From contig CM059431.1 of the NCBI GenBank assembly GCA_030390025.1, positions 146,198,001-146,262,000 on the forward strand: DNA of 64,000 nucleotides, given 5' to 3'. The notes below the pieces were generated by a model that had not been told where the DNA came from, made no database searches, and saw nothing but the letters and a program-made list of their open reading frames with translations. Within the stretch, counting starts at the first letter, position 1. Each line of letters begins with the position of its first letter. The position numbers and the translations under genes are program-made. This document shows, piece after piece, positions 11,957 through 26,000 of the stretch. The stretch is from Squalus acanthias. Lineage: Eukaryota.

Positions 11957-12419
11957 GGGTCAGTCGTGGCTCAGCTGGTAGCAACCTCGTGAGAAGGTTG
12001 TGGCTTCAAGTCCCACTCCAGAGACTCAATAATCTACCATAATCTAGGCTGACACTCCAGTGCAAGGCTGAGGGAGTGCTGCACTGTCGGAGGTGCCCTC
12101 TTTCGAATGAGACGTTAAACCGAGACTCCGTCTGCCGTCTCAGGTGGACGTAAAAGATCCTTTGCCCTATCTCGAAGAGGAGCAGGAAGTAATCCCAGGT
12201 GTCCTAGCCAATATTTATCTTTCAATAAACATCACTAAAAAAATAATTATCTGGTCATTCTAACGTTGCTGTTTGTGGGAGCTTGCTGTGCGTAAATTGG
12301 CTGCCGTGTTTGCTACATTAGAATAGTGGTTGCACCTCAAAAAGTACTTCATTGGCTCTAAAGGGCCGGTGGTCGTGACAGGAGCTATATAAATACAAAT
12401 CTTTCCTTTTCTTTCTTTT
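11957..12419 (+). mobile_element. tRNA-derived SINE with Deu-like central domain (SacSINE1/DeuSINE-like)
   Basis: A box TGGCTCAGCTGG, B box GGCTTCAAGTCC, central GGAGGTGCC..GAGACGTTAAACCGAG..GTAAAAGATCC, tail GCTATATAAATAC followed by CTTT repeats. Confidence 0.8.
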
Positions 12420-15400
12420 ACCCCGGGTCAATATAATCATTCCCCGCTAATCAGAATATCCTAAAATCTGCTAACGTGATTCTGTAATGGTTTGTCTTTC
12501 TAATGTAGCCATGTTAACCTTTAACCTTTTCCTGTTAAGCAGGGAAGCACTGGTCTGTTTAAAGTACCGCTGGGCTATTGGGCCAGGGCTGACCCTGCAG
12601 CAATGGTCAGTTTCAGGATGAAGTAATAAGCGATTTAATGAAATTCATGACTTTGCAAACAGATTCATCAATTTCAGGGAACTTTAATCATTTGGTAACA
12701 GTTTGGGAAGAGAGTTAGTCCTGCAAAGGAGAACATCTGGACATACATCATCATTTTCAATTAGTACAATAGATACAGAAGCAGACAGTCTTACTGTTAA
12801 AGGTTTCACTTGGTACAATTGCAATTATAAGGGTCAAAAGTAAAACTATCGATCAGATAAATCAATTCAATTATCTTTATGTGGAGTTTTATTTTAACTT
12901 TGATATAATTGTGTAATGCAGATTTGTGAGGATTGTCGAGATGAGGGAGTGAGAAAAATGAATAAAAACTAACAGTTTTGAATGAGTATTCGGTTTGGTT
13001 AAGGCCTAAGATACTGAGCTCAGGACTGTGACATGTTTGGTCTCCACACCAACCATCATCAGGTGTGGTTCTCATTTCTACCTTTTAAGTGTGTGTGTAA
13101 GTACTATTGCATGTGTTCTGCGCTAAACAACCTATGGCACCTCACTCCAATGTTCAAGAACATTAATGAAAAGCTTATGCTGACAATAGCCTTTGTACTT
13201 TAACCAACAGTAATGTTAGATTCGGGCACCACCAGTAATGTTAGACTACTGTCACCGCCATTAATGATAGCGTACGGTCACCACCAGTAATGTTAGTGTA
13301 GAGTCACCACCAGTAATGGTGGAATAGGGTAAGTACCAGTAATGTTACAGTAGAGTGACAACCAGTAATGTTAGAGTTGGGTCAACAACAGTAATTTTAG
13401 ATTAGAGTCACTACCAGTAATGTTAAAGTAGAGTCAACACCATTAATGTTGGAGGAGGAGCACCACCAGTAATGTTAGAATAGAGTTACCACCAGTAATG
13501 TTAGAGTAGAGACACCAACAGTAATGTTAGAGTAGAGTCACCACCAGTAATGTTAGTGTAGAGTCACCACCAGTAATGTTAGAGTAGAGTCACCACCAGT
13601 AATGGTGAAGTAGGGTCACCACCAGTATTGTTAGTGTAGAGTCACCACCAGTAATGGTGGAGTAGGGTCAGTACCTGTAATGTTAGAGAAGAGTGACAAC
13701 CAGTAATGTCAGAGTAGGGTCAACAACAGTAGTTTTAGAGTAGGGTCACCACAAATAATGTTAGAGAAGAGTCACCATCATTAATGTTGTAGTTGGGACA
13801 ACATCAGTAATGTTAGAGTAGAGTCACCACCAGTAATGTTAGAGTTTAATCACCACCAGTAATGTTAAAGTAGAGTTACCACCAGTATTGTTATAGGAGA
13901 GCCACCACCAATAAAGTTAAAGTAGGGTCACTACCAGTAATAATAGGGTAAAGTTACCACAAATAATGTTAGAGTAGGATCACCACCAATAATGTTAGAG
14001 TAGAGTCACCACCATAAAGGATACAGTAGAGTCACCAACAGTAATGTTAGAGTAGGGGCAACATCAGTAATGTTAGAGTAGTGTCACCACCTGTAATGTT
14101 ACAGTATAGTCATCACCAGTAACGTTAGATTAGAGTCACCAGCATTAATGTTAACGTAGAGTCATCACCAGTAATGTTGGAGTAGGGTCACTACCAGTAA
14201 TGATAGTGTAAAAGTGTCCAACAGTAATGCTAGAGTATGATCACCAACATTAATGTTAGAGCAGTGTAAACACCAGTAATGTTGGAGTAGTGGCACCAAC
14301 AGTAATGTTATAATAGAGTCACCACAAGAAATGTTAGATTAGAATCACCACCAGTAATGTTAGAGTAGAGTCAGCACCAATAACGTTAGAGTAGATTCAA
14401 CACCAGTAATGTTCGAATACGGACAACACCAGTAATGTTAGAGCAGTGCCACCACCAGTAATGTTATAGTAGAATTACGGCCAGTAATGTTAGAGTAGGG
14501 TCACCACCAGTAATGTTAGAGGAGAGTCACCAGATGTAATGTTAGAGTAGATTCACCACCAGTAATGTTAGATTAGGGTCACCACTAGTAATATTAGATT
14601 AGGGTCACCAAAAGTAATGTTAGACTAGGGTCACCGCTAGTAATGTTAGAGTAGTGCCACCAACAGTAATGTTTTGTGTAGAATTACCGCCAGTAATGTT
14701 AGAGTAGTGTCACCATCAGTAATGTGAGAGTAGAGTCACCAGATGTAATGTTAGAGTAGAGTCACCATCAGTAATGTTAGATTAGGGTCACCACCAGTAA
14801 TGTTAGATTTGGAACACCACCAGTAATGATAGACTACTGTCACCGCCATTAATGATAGAGTACGGTCACCACCAGTAATGTTAGTGTAGAGTCACCAGCA
14901 GTAATGGTGGAATAGGGTAAGTGCCAGTAATGTCACAGTAGAGTGACAACCAATAATGTTAGAGTTGGGTCAACAGCAGTAATTTTAGATTAGAGTCACC
15001 ACCAGTGATGTTAAAGTAGAGTCAACACCATTATTGTTGGAGGAGGAGCATCACCAGTAATGTTAGAATAGAGTTACCTCGAGTAATGTTAGAGTAGAGA
15101 CACCACCAGTAATGTTAGAGTAGAGTCACCACCAGTAATGTATTTGCAGAGTCACCACCATTAAAGAGCGAATAGGGACAACACCAGTTATGTTAGAGTA
15201 GTGCCACCAACAGAAATGTTATAGTAGAATTACCACCAGTAATGTTAGAGTAGTGTCACCAAGAGTAATGTTGGAGTACTTTCACCACCAGTAATGTTAG
15301 AGCAGAGTCACCACCAGTAATGTTAGAGTAGTGTCACCACCAGTAATGGTGAAGTAGGGTCACCACCAGTAATGTTAGTGTAGAGTCACCACCAGTATTG

Positions 15401-18400
15401 TTAGTGTAGAGTCACCACCAGTAATGGTGGAGTAGGGTCAGTACCTGTAATGTTAGAGAAGAGTGACAACCAGTAATGTCAGAGTAGGGTCAACAACAGT
15501 AGTTTTAGAATAGGGTCACCACCAATAATGTTTGAGACGAGTCACCATCATTAATGTTGTAGTTGGGACACCATCAGTAATGTTAGAGTAGAGTCACCTC
15601 CAGTAATGTTAGAGTTTAATCACCACCAGTAATGTTAGAGTAGAGTCACCACCAGTAGTGTTATAGGAGAGCCACCACCAATAAAGTTAAAGTAGGGTCA
15701 CCATCAGTAATAATAGAGTAAAGTTACCACAAATAATGTAAGAGTAGGATCACCAGCAATAATGTTAGAGTAGTGTCACCACCATAAAGGATACAGTAGA
15801 GTCACCAACAGTAATGTTAGAGTAGTGTCACCACCTGTAATGTTACAGTATAGTCATCACCAGTAATGTTAGAGTAGAGTCACCAGTATTAATGTTAGAG
15901 TAGACTCACCGCCAGTAATGTTGGTGTAGGGTCACTACCTGTAATGATAGTGTAAAAGTGACCAACAGTAATGTTAGAGTATGGTCACCAACATTCATGT
16001 TAGAGCAGTGTAACCACCAGCAATGTTGGAGTAGTGGCACCAACAATAATGTTATAATAGAGTCACCACAAGAAATGTTAGATTAGAATCACCACCAGTA
16101 ATTTTGGAGTAGATTCAACACCAGTAATGTTCGAATACGGACAACACCATTTATGTTAGAGCCGTGCCACCACCAGTAATGTTATGGTAGAATTACCGCC
16201 AGTAATGTTAGAGTAGGGTCACCACCAGTAATGTTAGAGGAGAGTCACTAGATGTAATGTTAGAGTAGAGTCACCACCATTAATGTTAGATTAGGGTCCC
16301 CACTAGTAATATTAGATTAGGGTCACCGTCAGTAATGTTAGAGTAGTGTCAGCACCAGTAATGTTAGAGTAGGGTCACCACCTGTAATAGTGGAGTAGGG
16401 TCAGTACCAGTAATGTTAGAGTAGAGTGACAACCAGTAATGTTAGAGTCAGGTCAACAACCAAAATTTTAGATTAGACTCAACACAAATAATGTTAAAGT
16501 AGAGTCAACACCATTAATATTGGAGGTGGAGCACCACGAGTAATGTTAGAATAGAGTCACCACCAGTAATGTTATAGTAAAGTCACCACCAGTAATTTTA
16601 GAGTAGAGTCACCACCAGTAATGTTAGATTAGGGTCACCAGCAGTAATGTTAGAGTAGAGTCACCACCAGTAATGTTAGAGTAGGGTTACCAACAGTAAT
16701 GTCAGAGTTGAGTCACCACCAGTAATGTTAGAATACGGTCAGCACGAGTAACGTTAGGGTAGAGTCACCACCTGTAATGTTAGATTAGTGTCACCCCCGG
16801 TAATATTAGAGTAGGTCACCACAAGTAATGTTAGAGTCGGGTCAAAGCCAGTAATGTTAGAGTAGGTTCACCAACAATAATGTTAGTGTTGGGTCACCAC
16901 CAGTAATAGTGGAGTAGGGTCAGGACCAGTAATGTTAGAGTCTGGTCAACAACAAAACCCACATAATGTTAAATTAGAGTCAACACCATTAATATTGGAG
17001 GTGAGGCACCACCAGTAATGTTAGAGCAGATTCAACACCAGTAAAGTTTGAGTAGAGTCACTACCAGTTATATAAGAGTTGGGGCAACACCTGTAATGTT
17101 AGAGTAGAATCACCACCAGTAATGGTAGAGTAGGGTCACCACCAGTAATGTTAGAGTAGGGTCACCACCAGTAATGTTAGAGTAGGGTCACCACCAGTAA
17201 TGTTAGAGTAGGCTCACCAACAGTAAAGTTAGAGCAGATCATCACCAGTAATGTTAGATTAGTGTCACCACCAGTAATGTTTGATTAGTGTCACCAACAT
17301 TAATGTTAGATTAGGGTCACCACAAGTAATGCTAGACTAGGGTCACCGCCATTAATGTTAGAGTAGGGTCACCACCAGTAATGTTTTAGTAGATTCACCA
17401 CGAGAAATGTGAGAGTAGAATCACCACCAGTTATGTTAGAGTTGGGTCACCGGCAGTAATGTTAGAGTTGAGTCAACACCAATAACGTTAGAGTAGAATC
17501 ACTACCAGTTATGTCAGAGTAGGGTCACCACCAGTTATGTTAGAGTAGAATTACCGCCAGGTATGTTAGAGTAGGGACACCACCAGTTATGTTAGAGTAG
17601 AGTCACCAGATGTTATGTTAGAGTAGTGTCACCACCAGTAATGTTAGCTTAGGGTCACCACAAGTAATGTTAGACTTGGGTCAGCGCCATTAATGTTAGA
17701 GTAGTGTCACCACCAGTAATGTTAGAGTAGATTCACCACCAGTAATGTTAGAGTAGGGTCACCACCATAAATGTTAGAGTAGGGTGACCACCAGTAATGT
17801 TACAGTAGGGTCACCACCAGTATTGCTAATGTAGTGTCACCACCAGTAATGGTGGAGTAGGGTCACAACCAGTAATGTTCGAATAGAGTGACCACCAGTA
17901 AAGTTCGAGTCGTTTAAAGAACAATAATTTCCGAGTAGGGTCACCACCAACAACGTTAGAGTAGTGTCACCACCAGTAATGTTGGAGTAGTGGCATCACC
18001 AGTAATGTTAGACTAGGGTCGCCATCAGTAATGTCAGAGTAGATTCACCACCTGTAATGCTAGAGTAAAGTCACCACCAGTAATGTTAGAGTAGAGTCGC
18101 CACCAGTAATGTTAGAGTAGGCTCACTAACAGTAAAGTTAGAGCAGGTCACCACCAGTAATGTTAGATTAGTGTCATCACCAGTAATGTTAGATAAGGGT
18201 CACCACAAGTAATGTTAGACTAGGGTCACGGCCATTACTGTTGAGTAGAGTCACCACCAGTAATGTTTTAGTAGATTCACCACGAGAAATGTGAGAGTAG
18301 AATCACCACCAGTAATGTTAGAGTTGGGTCACCAGCAGTAATGTTAGAGTAGAGTCACCACCAGTAATGTTGGAATCCGGACAACACCAGTTATGTTAGA

Positions 18401-21400
18401 GTAGTTCCACCAGCAGTAATGTTATAGTAGAATTACCGCCAGTAATGCTAGAGTAGGGTCACCACCAGTTATGTTAGAGTAGAGTCACCAGATGGAATGT
18501 GAGAGTAGAGTCAGCATCAGTAATGTTAGATTAGGGTCACCACCAGTAATGTTATATTAGGGTCACCACAACTAATCTTAGATTAGGGTCACCGCCATTA
18601 ATGTTAGAGTAGGGTCACCACCAGTAATGTTAGTGTAGAGTCACCACCAGTAATGTTGGAACAGGGTCAGTACCAGTAATGTAAGGGTAGAGTGACAACC
18701 AGTAATGTTAGAGTCGGGTCAACAACAGTAATTTTAGATTAGAGTCAGCACCAATAATGTTAAAGTAGAGTCAACACCATTAATGTTGGAGATGGGGCAC
18801 CACCAGTAATGTTAGAATGGAGTCACCACCAGTAATGTTAGAGTAAATTCACCACCAGTAATGTAATAGTAGGGTCACCACCAGTAATGATAGAGTAGAG
18901 TTACCATCAGTAATGTTAAAGCAGCGTCACCACCAGTAATGTTAGAGTAGTTTCACCTCCATTAATGTGCGAATAGGGACAACACCAGTTATGTTAGAGT
19001 AGTGCCACCACCAGAAAAGTTATAGTAGAATTACCACCAGTAATATTAGAGTAGGGTCACCGCCAGTAATGATAGAGTAGATTCACCAGCAGTAATGTTA
19101 TAGTAGAGTCACCATTAGTAATGTTAGATTACGGTCATCACCAGCAATGTTAGATTAGGGTCACCACAAGTAATGTTAGAGTAGGGTCACCACCAGTAAT
19201 GTTAGACGAGGGTCACCGTCAGTAATGATAGAGTAGGGTCACCACCAGTAATGTTCGTGTAGGGTCACCACCATTAATGGTGGAGTTGGGTCGGTACCTG
19301 TAATGTTAGAGAAGAGTGACAAGCGGTAATGCCAGAGTCGGGTCAACAACAGTAATTTTAGAGTAGGGTCACCATCAATAATGTTAGAGAAGAGTCACCA
19401 CCATTAATGTTGTAGTTGGGACACTACCAGTAATGTTAGAGTAGATTCACGATCAGTAATGTTGGAGTAGAGTCACCACCAGTATTGTTAGAGTAGAGTC
19501 ACCACCAGTATTGTTAGAGTAGAGTCACCACCAGTATTGTTAGAGTAGAGTCACCACCAGTAATGTTAGAGTAGAGTCACCACCAGTAATGTTAGAGTAG
19601 AGTCACCACCAGTAATCTTAGAGTAGAGTCACCACCAGTAATGTTAGAGTAGACTTACCAAAAGTAATGTTAGAGTAGAGTCACCACCAGAAATGTTAGA
19701 GTAGACTCACCACCAGTAATGTTAGAGTAGAGTCACCACCAGTAATGTTAGAGTAGAGTCACCACCAGTAATGTTAGAGTAGAGTCACCACCAGTAATGT
19801 TGGAATAGGGTAAGTGCCAGTAATGTCACAGTAGTGTGACAACCAGTAATGTTAGAGTTGGGTCAACAGCAGTAATTTTAGATTAGAGTCACCACCAGTG
19901 ATGTTAAAGTAGAGTCAACACCATTATTGTTGGAGGAGGAGCATCACCAGTAATGTTAGAATAGAGTTACCTCGAGTAATGTTAGAGTAGAGACACCACT
20001 AGTAATGTTAGAGTAGAGTCACCACCAGTAATGTTATTGCAGAGTCACCACCATTAAAGAGCGAATAGGGACAACACCAGTTATGTTAGAGTAGTGCCAC
20101 CAACAGAAATGTTATAGTAGAATTACCACCAGTAATGTTAGAGTAGTGTCACCAAGAGTAATGTTAGAGTACTTTCACCACCAGTAATGTTAGAGCAGAG
20201 TCACCACCAGTAATGTTAGAGTAGTGTCACCACCAGTAATGGTGAAGTAGGGTCACCACCAGTAATGTTAGTGTAGAGTCACCACCAGTATTGTTAGTGT
20301 AGAGTCACCACCAGTAATGGTGGAGTAGGGTCAGTACCTGTAATGTTAGAGAAGAGTGACAACCAGTAATGTCAGAGTAGGGTCAACAACAGTAGTTTTA
20401 GAATAGGGTCACCACCAATAATGTTTGAGACGAGTCACCATCATTAATGTTGTAGTTGGGACACCATCAGTAATGTTAGAGTAGAGTCACCTCCAGTAAT
20501 GTTAGTGTTTAATCACCACCAGTAATGTTAGAGTAGAGTCACCACCAGTAGTGTTATAGGAGAGCCACCACCAATAAAGTTAAAGTAGGGTCACCATCAG
20601 TAATAATAGAGTAAAGTTACCACAAATAATGTAAGAGTAGGATCACCAGCAATAATGTTAGAGTAGTGTCACCACCATAAAGGATACAGTAGAGTCACCA
20701 ACAGTAATGTTAGAGTAGTGTCACCACCTGTAATGTTACAGTATAGTCATCACCAGTAATGTTAGAGTAGAGTCACCAGCTTTAATGTTAGAGTAGACTC
20801 ACCGCCAGTAATGTTGGAGTAGGGTCACCATTTGTAATGTTAGCGTAGTGTCACCACCAGCAATGTTGGTGTAGGGTCACTACCTGTAATGATAGTGTAA
20901 AAGTGACCAACAGTAATGCTAGAGTATGGTCACCAACATTCATGTTAGAGCAGCGTAACCACCAGCAATGTTGGAGTAGTGGCACCAACAATAATGTTAT
21001 AATAGAGTCACCACAAGAAATGTTAGATTAGAATCACCAGCAGTAATTTTGGAGTAGATTCAACACCAGTAATGTTCGAATACGGACAACATCATTTATG
21101 TTAGAGCCGTGCCACCACCAGTAACGTTATGGTAGAATTACCGCCAGTAATGTTAGAGTAGGGTCACCACCAGTAATGTTAGAGGAGAGTCACTAGATGT
21201 AATGTTAGAGTAGAGTCACCACCATTAATGTTAGATTAGGGTCCCCACTAGTAATATTAGATTAGGGTCACTGTCAGTAATGTTAGAGTAGTGTCAGCAC
21301 CAGTAATGTTAGAGTAGGGTCACCACCTGTAATAGTGGAGTAGGGTCAGTACCAGTAATGTTAGAGTAGAGTGACAACCAGTAATGTTAGAGTCAGGTCA

Positions 21401-22805
21401 ACAACCAAAATTTTAGATTAGACTCAACACAAATAAAGTTAAAGTAGAGTCAACACCATTAATATTGGAGGTGGAGCACCACGAGTAATGTTAGAATAGA
21501 GTCACCACCAGTAATGTTATAGTAAAGTCATCACCAGTAATTTTAGAGTAGAGTCACCACCAGTAATGTTAGATTAGGGTCACCAGCAGTAATGTTAGAG
21601 TAGAGTCACCACCAGTAATGTTAGAGTAGGGTTACCAACAGTAATGTCAGAGTTGAGTCACCACCAGTAATGTTAGAATACGGTCAGCACGAGTAACGTT
21701 AGGGTAGAGTCAACACCTGTAATGTTAGATTAGTGTCACCCCCGGTAATATTAGAGTAGGTCACCACAAGTAATGTTAGAGTCGGGTCAAAGCCAGTAAT
21801 GTTAGAGTAGGTTCACCAACAATAATGTTAGTGTAGGGTCACCACCAGTAATAGTGGAGTAGGGTCAGGACCAGTAATGTTAGAGTCTGGTCAACAACAA
21901 AACCCAAATAATGTTAAATTAGAGTCAACACCATTAATATTGGAGGTGAGGCACCACCAGTAATGTTAGAGCAGATTCAACACCAGTAAAGTTTGAGTAG
22001 AGTCACTACCAGTTATATAAGAGTTGGGGCAACACCTGTAATGTTAGAGTAGAATCACCACCAGTAATGGTAGAGTAGGGTCACCACCAGTAATGTTAGA
22101 GTAGGGTCACCACCAGTAATGTTAGAGTAGGCTCACCAACAGTAAAGTTAGAGCAGATCATCACCAGTAATGTTAGATTAGTGTCACCACCAGTAATGTT
22201 TGATTAGTGTCACCAACATTAATGTTAGATTAGTGTCACCACAAGTAATGCTAGACTAGGGTCACCGCCATTAATGTTAGAGTAGAATCACCACCAGTAA
22301 TGGTAGAGTAGGGTCACCACCAGTAATGTTAGAGTAGGGTCACCACCAGTAATGGTAGAGTAGGCTCACCAACAGTAAAGTTAGAGCAGATCATCACCAG
22401 TAATGTTAGATTAGTGTCACCACCAGTAATGTTTGATTAGTGTCACCAACATTAATGTTAGATTAGGGTCACCACAAGTAATGCTAGACTAGGGTCACCG
22501 CCATTAATGTTACAGTAGAGTCATTACCAGTAATGTTAGAGAAGGGTCACCACCAGTAATGTTTGATTAGGGTCACGAACAGTAATGATAGAGTAGAGTC
22601 ACCAGCAGTATTGTTAGTGTAATGGTGGAGTAGGGTCACTACTTGTAAAGTTCGAGTCGCGTCAACAACAATAATTTCCGAGTCGGCTCACCACCAATAA
22701 CGTTAGAGTAGTGTCACCACCAGTAATGTTGGAGTCGGGGCATCAGCAGTAATGTTAGCGTAGAGTCACCACCAGTAACGTTGGAGTAGTGGCATCACCA
22801 GTAAT

Positions 22806-23000
22806 GAGAAATCGCACAACACCAGGTTATAGTCCAACTGCTTTATTTGAAATCACAAGCTTTCGGAGCGGCTGCTCCTTCGTCAGACTTCACGTGACGA
22901 AGGAGCAGCCGCTCCGAAAGCTTGTGATTTCAAATAAAGCTGTTGGACTATAACTTCTCACTTTTGTCCACCCCAGTCCAACACCGGCATCTCCGCATCA
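22806..23000. mobile_element. Palindromic (inverted pLTR pair) PLE-derived insertion, family B, with hammerhead motifs
   Basis: ~60-bp near-perfect inverted arms around the centre at ~22890. Motif TGACGA-A-GGAGC-agcc-GCTCC-GAAAGCTT occurs on both strands. Confidence 0.8.
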
Positions 23001-26000
23001 ATACCAATAATTTTAGTGTAGAGTCACCACCAGTAATGTGCGAATAGGGACACAACCAGTTATGTTAGAGTAGTGCCACCAGCAGAAATGTTATAGTAGA
23101 ATTACCACCAGTAATCTTAGAGTAGGTCAACGCCAATAATGTTAGAGTAGATTCAGCAGCAGTAATGATAGATTAGGGTCACCACCAGCAATGTTATATT
23201 ACGGTCACCACCAGTAAAGTTAGAGCAGGGTCACCACCAGTAATCTTCGTTGAGAGTCACCACAAGTAATGGTGGAATAGGGTCAGTACCAGTAATGTTA
23301 GAGAAGAGTGACAACCAGTAATGTCAGAGTAGGGTGAACAACATTAATTTTAGAGTAGGTTCACCACCAATAAATGTTAGAGAAGAGTCAGCACCAGTAA
23401 TGTCAGAGTTTAATCACCACCAGTAATGCTATAGTAGAGTCAGCACCAATAAGGTTAAAGTAGGGTCACCATCAGTAATGATAGAGTAGAGTCACCACCA
23501 TTAACGTTACATTAGAGTCACCACCAGTAATGTTAGAGTAGGGTCACCACCAGTAATGTTAGAGTATAGTCACCACCAGTAATGTTAGAGTAGAATCACC
23601 AGCAGTAATGTTATAGTAGAGTCACCGCCAGTTGTGTTGGATTAGCGTCACCACCAGTAATGTTAGTGTAGAGTCACCACCACTAATGTTGGAGTAGGGT
23701 CAGTAGCAGTAATGATAGAGTAGAGTGAAAACCAGTAATGATAGAGTATGGTCAGCAACATTAATGTTAAAGGAGAGTCACTGCCAGTAATGTTCGAGTA
23801 ACTGTAATATTATGACACAGTCATCACAAGAAATGATAGATTAGAATCCCACCAGTAATGTTAGAGTAGAGTCAAAAACCAATAATGTTAGAGTAGATTC
23901 AACACCAGTAATGTTCAAATACGGACAACACCAGTTATGTCAGAGTAGTGCCACCACCACAAATGTTATAGTAAATTTATCGCCAGTAATGTTAGAGTTG
24001 GGTCACCAACAGTAATGTTGGAGTAGAGTCACCAGATGTAATGTTAGATTAGAGTCACCACCAGATGTAATGTTAGATTAGGGTCACCACCAGCAATGTT
24101 AGATTAGGGTCAACACAAGTAATGTTCGATTATGGTCACCGCCAGTAATGTTAGAGTAGGTTCACCACCGTTAATGTTAGTGTAGAGTCACCACCTGTAA
24201 TGGTTGGTTAGGGTCAGTAGCAGTAGTGTTAGAGTAGAGTGACAACCATTAATGTTAGCCTCAGGTCAACAACAGTAAGTGTAGAGTACAGTCACCACCA
24301 ATAATGATAGAGAAGAGTCAACATCATTAATGTTGGAGCTGGGGCACCACCAGTAATGTTAGAGTAGAGTCACCACCATTAATGTTAGAGTAGGATCAAC
24401 ACCAGTAATGTTAGAGTAGAGACACCATCAGTAATGTTATCGTAAAGTCACCACCAGTAATGTTAGAGTAGGGTCACCACCAGCAATGTTAGAGTATATT
24501 CACCACCATTAAGGTTACAGTAGAGTCACCACCAGTAATGTTTGAGTAGAATCATCACCTGTAATGTTGCAGTAGTGGCACCACCAGTAATGTTAGAGTA
24601 GATTCACCACCTGTAATGTTAGATTGGACTCACCACCAGTAATGTTCGAGCAGAGTCAAAACTAGTAATGTTAGAGTAGAGTCACTACCAGTAATGTTAG
24701 AGTAGAGTCATCACCAGTAATGTTATAGTAGAGTCAACACCATTAATGTAAGAGTAAAGTCACTATCAGTATTGTTAGATTAGGTTCAGCACCAGTAACG
24801 TTACAGTCGCATCACTATCAGTAAAGTTAGAATAGTTTCAGCACAATTAATAATAGATTAGAGTCACGAGCAGTAATGTTAGAGTAGAGTAACCACCAGT
24901 AATGTTAGGGTAGGTTCACCAGCAGTAATGTTAGAGTAGGTTCACCAACATTTACCTTACAATAGGGTCACCACCAGGAATGTTAGTGCAGAATCACCAC
25001 CAGTAATGTTGGAGTAGGTTCACTACCAGTAATGTTAGAGTAGAGTGATCACCAGTAATTTTAGAGTAGGGTCACCACCAATAATGATAGAGTAGAGTCA
25101 CCACCATTAATGTTGTAGTAGGGGCCCCAACAGTAATGTTTTAGTAGAGTCACCACGAGAAATGCTGGAGTAGAATCACCGCCAGTTATGTTAAAGTAGA
25201 GTCACCCCCAGTAATGTTAGAGTTGGGTAACCCCCAGCGCGGTTAGAGTAGAGTCATCACCTGTAATGTTACAGTATAGTCACCGCCAGTAATGTTGGAG
25301 TAAAGTCACCACCAGTGATGTTCGTGTAGAGTCACCACCAGTAATGTTGCAGTAGGGGCACCAACAGTAATGTTATAGTAGAGTCACCACGAAAATTGTT
25401 AGAGTAGAATCACCAAAAGTAATGTTGGATTAAATTCAATAACAATTATGTTAGAGTAGAGTCACCATCAGTAATGTGCGAATAGGGACAACACCAGTTA
25501 TGTTAGAGTAGTTCCACCACCAGAAATGTTCTAGTAGAATTACCACCAGTAATGTTACAGTAGGGTCAACTCCAGTAATGTTAGAGTAGATTCACCAGCA
25601 TTAATGGTAGAGTAGAGTCACCATCAGTAATGTTAGATTAAAGTCACCACCAGCAATGTTATATTAAGGTCACCACCAGTAATGTTAGAATAGGTTCACC
25701 GCCAGTAATGATAGAGTAGGGTGACCAACAGTAATGTTAGTGTAGAGTTACAACAGTAATGGTGGATTAGGGTCAGTACCAGTAATGTTAGAGAAGAGTG
25801 ACAAACAGTAATGTGAGAGTAGGGTCAACATAATTAATTTTAGAGTAGGGTCACCAACAATAACGTTAGAGACGATTCACCACCAGTAATGTTAGAGTTT
25901 AATCACCACCAGTAATGGTATAGTAGCGTCACCACCAGTAATGTTAGAGTAGAGTCACCACATGTAATGTTAGGTTAGAGTCACCAGCAGTAATGTTGGA

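Larger units (their letters stand above)
8851..13203 (+). repeat. Segmental duplication, copy 1 (GPCR cassette); paralogous to ~41785-46113
   Basis: Colinear high identity from the degenerate satellite edge through promoter, gene and SINE to ...CTTTGTACTTTAA. Confidence 0.95.

Noticed and set aside
11957..12016. tRNA gene
   Set aside because: The A and B boxes belong to the SINE head; there is no complete cloverleaf.
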